Origin: an uncultured delta proteobacterium
GTDB taxonomy: Bacteria; Desulfobacterota; Desulfobacteria; Desulfobacterales; QNYZ01
Length of the DNA stretch: 64,000 bases
NCBI GenBank assembly: GCA_963845145.1
Contig: CAWJQU010000008.1
Coordinates: 448,001 to 512,000, forward strand
Direction of reading: 5' to 3'
The notes under the pieces were generated by a model. The model was not told where the DNA came from and made no database searches. It saw only the letters and a list, made by a program, of their open reading frames with translations. The position numbers and the translations under genes were made by a program. Every line of letters begins with the position of its first letter. Position 1 is the first letter of the stretch. Shown piece after piece: positions 59,273-64,000 of this stretch.

Positions 59273-62086
59273 ATACACACACATATGGATTATTGTCATC
59301 GTCATGCTGACCGTGTTTCCCCAAACGGGTCATGCGGACACATCCCCCGGCGTGGAGCCCCCTGTAATCACGGCCATCCGCATCAATATCATCAACCATC
59401 CGGACCCTGGGGGCGAGATTCGGCATCTGGCCGAAACCCGCCTTCAGTTAAAAAAAGGAGATTCGTTCTCCCCGCATCTGCTGGAGCAAAGCATCGTTGC
59501 GCTGCGCCGGACGGGCCGGTTTGAATCGATTCATGCGGACAGCAATGCGGATAAGAAACAGGTTGAACTCCAATTCAACCTCAGGCCCTATCCGTTGATC
59601 AAACAGATACGGATTAAAAATGCCTTTCCGGTTTTTCACGGCGACATCCTGAAAACCTTGACCCTGACCACCGGCGACGCCATGCAATCGGAACAGATCC
59701 CCCGGCAGGGCCAGGCGGTCACCGAACTTTACCGCAAGCAGGGTTTTATCGCCCCTATCGTGGACTTAACAACCCACATCGACCCCACAGACGGTCACGG
59801 CACTTTGAATATTCAGGTTGATAAAGGGCCCCACTTTCGTCTGGGACAATTGACTTTTAGCGGGAATACGTCGCTTTCCGATTATCGGCTCAAGCTTAGA
59901 ATGAAAACCTGGCGGCGATCATTGGCCTTAGGTGTTTTTGGCCGATTTATTGAAAGCGAACTGAAAGAAGATATCACGGCCCTCAATCAGTATTACCGAA
60001 AGCAAAAATTTGCCGAAGCCCGTGTCGGTTACAAACTGGAAAAAATGAGAGATACCCGTACCATCAACCTGGTGCTCGAAATCAACGAAGGTCCCCGATA
60101 CCGGTTTGAATTTGAAGGCAATGAGAAAATTTCCAGCCACGCATTAAAAAAAGATATGGCCATTTCCATCCTGAACAACAAGAGAAACCGGGACTTGCGC
60201 AAAGTCCGTAAAACGATTGAAAGCAAGTATCGCCAAGCGGGTTACCTGGAAGCATCCGTGACGATTGATGATGAATCGGCCACGGAAAACGGACGACCCG
60301 TGCGTCTGATCCGTTTTAATATCCATGAAGGCCCCCGCTCGGTGATTCAAAACGTTGAGATTAAAGGTAACCGGAGCATCCCCGCAGAGTCCCTCAAAGC
60401 CAATATCCTGACCCGCCCGCGCAAATGGAATCAAGACGGCAGCTTTTCACCTGATAAACTAGCCGATGATCTGCAGGCCATTCGATTTCAGTATTCTGAA
60501 AAAGGATACCTGAGTCCTAATGTACAGGCAGACAAATCATTCAACCCAACCAGAGAAAAGGTCGATATCACCTTTCTGGTGGATGAAGGGCTTAAAACTC
60601 AGGTCCACCAGGTGACGTTCAACGGATTAACCGCCATCACCCGTGACCAGGCTATAAACAATCTGACGCTAAAACCGGGAGCCCCCTTTCGCGACTACAT
60701 GGTCGGCAATGACGAAAACGTATTAAAATCCCTCATAGCGGCCCAAGGATATCCCCAGGTCAAAATAACCGGCAATGTTGAACTCTCTCCGGATAAAACC
60801 CAGACAAGCATCATCTATCGAATCGAAGAGGGCCCATTTGTGCGAAGGGGTGAGGTATTTTACCAGGGCAATTTTAAAACGCGCCGGAAAGCGTTAGACA
60901 GGGAATGGACCCTTTCCAAGGGGGCACCATTGAACCCCTACCGACTTCTCGAAAGCGAAAACAATATCCGTAACCTGGATATTATTAACACGGCAAAGTC
61001 CACGCCTCTGGGGTTTACGGCAAAGTCCACGCCTCTGGGGTTTCAGGATCAAAATGAAACCGTTGACATGCTTCTGACGGTTGGGGAGCGAAAACCCTAT
61101 TTTTTTGAACTCAGCGGAGGCTACGAAAGTGATCGCCGCTTTTTTATCTCCACCAAGCTCGCCGATCGAAATTTCTTAGGCATGAATCGATTGGGCTGGA
61201 TATCGAGCGAAGTCAGCGAAATCGGCTATCGTTTTGAGTCCGGAATTAGGGAGCCAAGATTGTTCGGAACCCGCATTGCCACCAATTTTCACGGCTTTTA
61301 CGAGCATCAGGAACAATTTAATCAGGACTTCGGTATTGAAAAGTCCGGTGCCACCCTTGGCTTCGAGCTGACCCCGACCCAACGGATCGCCACCGGTCTT
61401 CATATTAAATACGAGTTACTCGACCTTTTCGAAAAAGACGGGGCCGATCCATCCGCCACGCCTTCAGAGATAGAACAGGAAAAACTGAGAAATGTTCTGG
61501 TTGGTACGCCACGGATTCAATTTGATAGTCGTGATTCATTTATTCGACCCCGCAAAGGTATTTTTTCTCTGGGTGACATCGATATCTCCAGAGGTTTGAG
61601 AAACGACCTGGACGATTTCCTACGATATCGTTTAGACTTTCGTTTTTTCTGGACACCTGCGGACGCCTTGACCTTCGCCATTATCGGCCGGGGGGATATC
61701 TTACCCCTTACAGCCAATCCGGCGACGTCCCCAAAGACCAATTGTTTTACCTTGGGGGAAATGCCGATATTCGCGGGTTTAAGCAAAACGCCATGCTAAC
61801 CGATACGAATGGCGATGCGGTGGGAGGAAAAAAATCTCTCAATGGCAGCGTGGAGGCGCGAATCGCCATCGGATCCAGCTGGGAACTGCCGCTATTTGTA
61901 GATGTGGGTTGGCTGGGAGGTATCCAGGAACCGGGGATTGAATCGGATGTACGCGTAACCGCGGGTACAGGGTTGCGGTATATTACACCTATCGGCCCCC
62001 TCGGCATTCTCTACGGATACAAATTGGATCGTCAACCCGGCGAGGCAGCGGGTGCCTTTCACTTTTCACTTGGGTACACATTTTAA
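59259..62086 (+). CDS. Omp85 family (BamA/TamA-like) protein; one frameshift at a G run, 61690-61695
   Basis: Repeated POTRA-like units (Y...GY..A, EGP, GN); barrel motifs FYLGG..IRGF, G.GLRYITPIGPL, terminal FSLGYTF. Confidence 0.9.
60990..61043 (+). repeat. Exact 27-bp in-frame tandem duplication (TAKSTPLGF x2)
   Basis: ACGGCAAAGTCCACGCCTCTGGGGTTT occurs twice in direct succession. Confidence 0.95.
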
Positions 62087-62147
62087 GCCCCCCTTGAAAG
62101 CCGTTTTGCCCCCCGCGAAGGCCGTTTTGATAGGTATCTAAACGAGA

Positions 62148-63251
62148 CTATTCAAACATAAAGCGACGCATGCTGACGTTGATCAGCAGGCCGAAGGCGG
62201 CCATAATTGTAAGCGTTGAAGAACCACCGTAACTGATCATCGGCAAGGGCACTCCGACCACCGGCATCAACCCCATGACCATACCGATATTGATAAACAT
62301 TTCCCAAAAAATGATGGATAGCATGCCCACGACCAATAGAATACCGAACGCATCGCGGCATTTATGCGCGATATTCAACCCCCACAACAGGATCATCAAA
62401 AAAAGAAAAATCACGACCCCTGCCCCGATAAAACCCCACTCTTCAGCCAGAACGGAGAAAACAAAATCGGTATGTTGTTCGGGTAAAAACGAGAGGGCAT
62501 TCTGAGTCCCCTCCAGATACCCTTTTCCCGACACCCCTCCGGAACCGATGGCGATCTTCGATTGAATGATATGGTACCCCGTCCCCAGGGGATCACGCTC
62601 CGGATTTAAAAACGTCAAAATACGCTGTTTTTGATAGTTTTTCAGTACAGACCAGACCAGCGGAATAGAAACAGCACCGCCGGTCATCAACAACATGAAG
62701 GTGTGCCGACCGATCCCGCAAAAAAGGATCATGCTGCCGGCGATCAGAACAAGGACCATGGCGGTTCCCAGGTCCGGTTGTTTGAGAATCAAGGCGCATG
62801 GCAATAAAACGATGAGCATCGGCTGAATCAAATCCACCAGGTTGAAGCCGTCTTTTTTAAGATGCCGGGATAAATAGTGCGCCAACATGATGACCAGGGC
62901 GACTTTCATAATCTCCGAAGGCTGCAGTGACATGGGGCCGAGCACAAGCCATCGCCTGGCCCCTCCCACGAATTTTCCGAAAATCAAGACACTGCCCAAT
63001 AACCCCAGGCAGCTGAAATAGACGACCAATGCATATTGATCAAACCGTTTATAGCTGAAGATAAAACAGATAATCATCACCAAGGCCCCGAACCCAAACC
63101 AGATTAATTGTTTCAGATACAAATTCTGTTGGAAAGTCGAACCACCGGCGTTAACCGCACTATAGATGGTAAGAACCCCGATGGTGGCAAGGAGTATCGC
63201 CAGCCCGAGCAATCCCCAGTCAAAATAAGCTACCAACCGTCGATCGAACAT
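62148..63251 (-). CDS. rodA: Rod shape-determining protein RodA
   Basis: GARRW, QPSEIMK, KQPDLGTA, GYHIIQS.IAIGSGG, LPEQHTDF, PLP.ISYGGSS; follows mrdA. Confidence 0.96.
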   Translation of the reverse strand: MFDRRLVAYFDWGLLGLAILLATIGVLTIYSAVNAGGSTFQQNLYLKQLIWFGFGALVMIICFIFSYKRFDQYALVVYFSCLGLLGSVLIFGKFVGGARRWLVLGPMSLQPSEIMKVALVIMLAHYLSRHLKKDGFNLVDLIQPMLIVLLPCALILKQPDLGTAMVLVLIAGSMILFCGIGRHTFMLLMTGGAVSIPLVWSVLKNYQKQRILTFLNPERDPLGTGYHIIQSKIAIGSGGVSGKGYLEGTQNALSFLPEQHTDFVFSVLAEEWGFIGAGVVIFLFLMILLWGLNIAHKCRDAFGILLVVGMLSIIFWEMFINIGMVMGLMPVVGVPLPMISYGGSSTLTIMAAFGLLINVSMRRFMFE

Positions 63252-63255
63252 GGCT

Positions 63256-64000
63256 TTATCCGTCTGATAAGGGTTTGGTTTGTTGGGTATGAAGCTGCGA
63301 AGTGTTCTTTTCCAGGTACATAGCAATCACTTCTCTGGCAATGGGAGAGGCGCCGCTGGAACCGTGTTCACCATGCTCCACCAGGACAGATACGGCAATT
63401 TTGGGATCATCTGCCGGCGCATAAGCCACAAACCAGGCATGCGATTTCAAATGATAGGCCATATCTTCTTCTTTCATGTTTTCATTGGTTTTACGGCTGA
63501 ACACCTGGGCCGTTCCCGTTTTTCCGCTGATTTCCACATCCTTTAAGCGGGCGACCCGTGCCGTTCCCCTTTTTCCATTGACGACCTGCCACAGTCCCTG
63601 CTGAATGAGTTTGAGGTTCCGTTGGCTGACAGGCAGCTTGCCGGCCAACCGTTTTTCAAAGGAACTTACCATTTCGCCATCGGCGGTCATAACCTCTTTT
63701 AATATCAAAGGCTGGTAACGATTACCGCCGTTGGCTACAGCCGCGGTCAAAACAGCCATCTGAAGGGGTGTCGTCAAATTAAACCCCTGACCGATGGCAA
63801 TGGAGAGGGTTTCCCCACCCTGCCAGCTCACACCGGTTTTCTTTTTCTTCCAGGCCGCCGTGGGAATCAGCCCCTTGCTCTCATGGGTTAACTTAACACC
63901 GGTTTTAGCGCCCAGGCCGCAAGCTTTGGCATACCATGCCAGCCGGTCGACACCGAGCTTTTGACCGACTTGATAAAAATAAACGTCGCAGGATTCCGTT
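63256..64000 (-). CDS. mrdA: Penicillin-binding protein 2, C-terminal part (runs off the window)
   Basis: ESCDVYFY, AIGQG...TPLQMA, KTGTAQ, HAWF, VEHGEHG. Confidence 0.95.
   Translation of the reverse strand, partial: TESCDVYFYQVGQKLGVDRLAWYAKACGLGAKTGVKLTHESKGLIPTAAWKKKKTGVSWQGGETLSIAIGQGFNLTTPLQMAVLTAAVANGGNRYQPLILKEVMTADGEMVSSFEKRLAGKLPVSQRNLKLIQQGLWQVVNGKRGTARVARLKDVEISGKTGTAQVFSRKTNENMKEEDMAYHLKSHAWFVAYAPADDPKIAVSVLVEHGEHGSSGASPIAREVIAMYLEKNTSQLHTQQTKPLSDG

Noticed and set aside
62087..62129. Imperfect repeat of about 21 bp (GCCCCC..GAA.GCCGTTTTG x2) between the Omp85 gene and rodA
   Set aside because: Two degenerate copies only, with no clear hairpin or supportable function.

Overview
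Core-genome chromosomal segment of a bacterium whose gene content and order suggest Desulfobacterota (Desulfobacterales-like; inferred, not searched). In order it holds: a DUF4388-like gene, dnaE, guaB, a Sua5/YciO-family gene, sppA-rpsA-cmk-hisC, a 2-oxoacid:ferredoxin oxidoreductase operon, namZ, rnhA, plsB, a murU-amgK-like fusion, dapB, alaS-recA-thpR, a DUF39 homocysteine-synthesis gene, an M23 peptidase, kdsA-kdsC-lptCAB-rpoN-hpf-ptsN-rapZ-EIIA, gap-tpiA-secG-tRNA-Leu, an acyl-CoA synthetase, a class II aldolase, two NDP-sugar epimerases, a MoaD/ThiS protein, pilS/pilC, a DHH-CBS tRNA nucleotidyltransferase, trpS-scpAB-tRNA-Val, tamB plus an Omp85 gene, rodA and part of mrdA. Two blocks (about 9.0-41.6 kb and 47.4-48.8 kb) are full of frameshifts, including in essential genes. 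These are almost certainly sequencing or assembly indels, so gene ends there are approximate. I found no CRISPR array, rRNA, integrase, transposase, prophage or defence system, and no large novel multi-gene system. The best leads are a small membrane protein resembling magnetosome protein MamI outside any magnetosome cluster and divergent from plsB, the MurU-AmgK-like fusion near namZ, an RNase HI with an unrecognised N-terminal domain, scpB overlapping a tRNA gene and its promoter, and several candidate regulatory sites.
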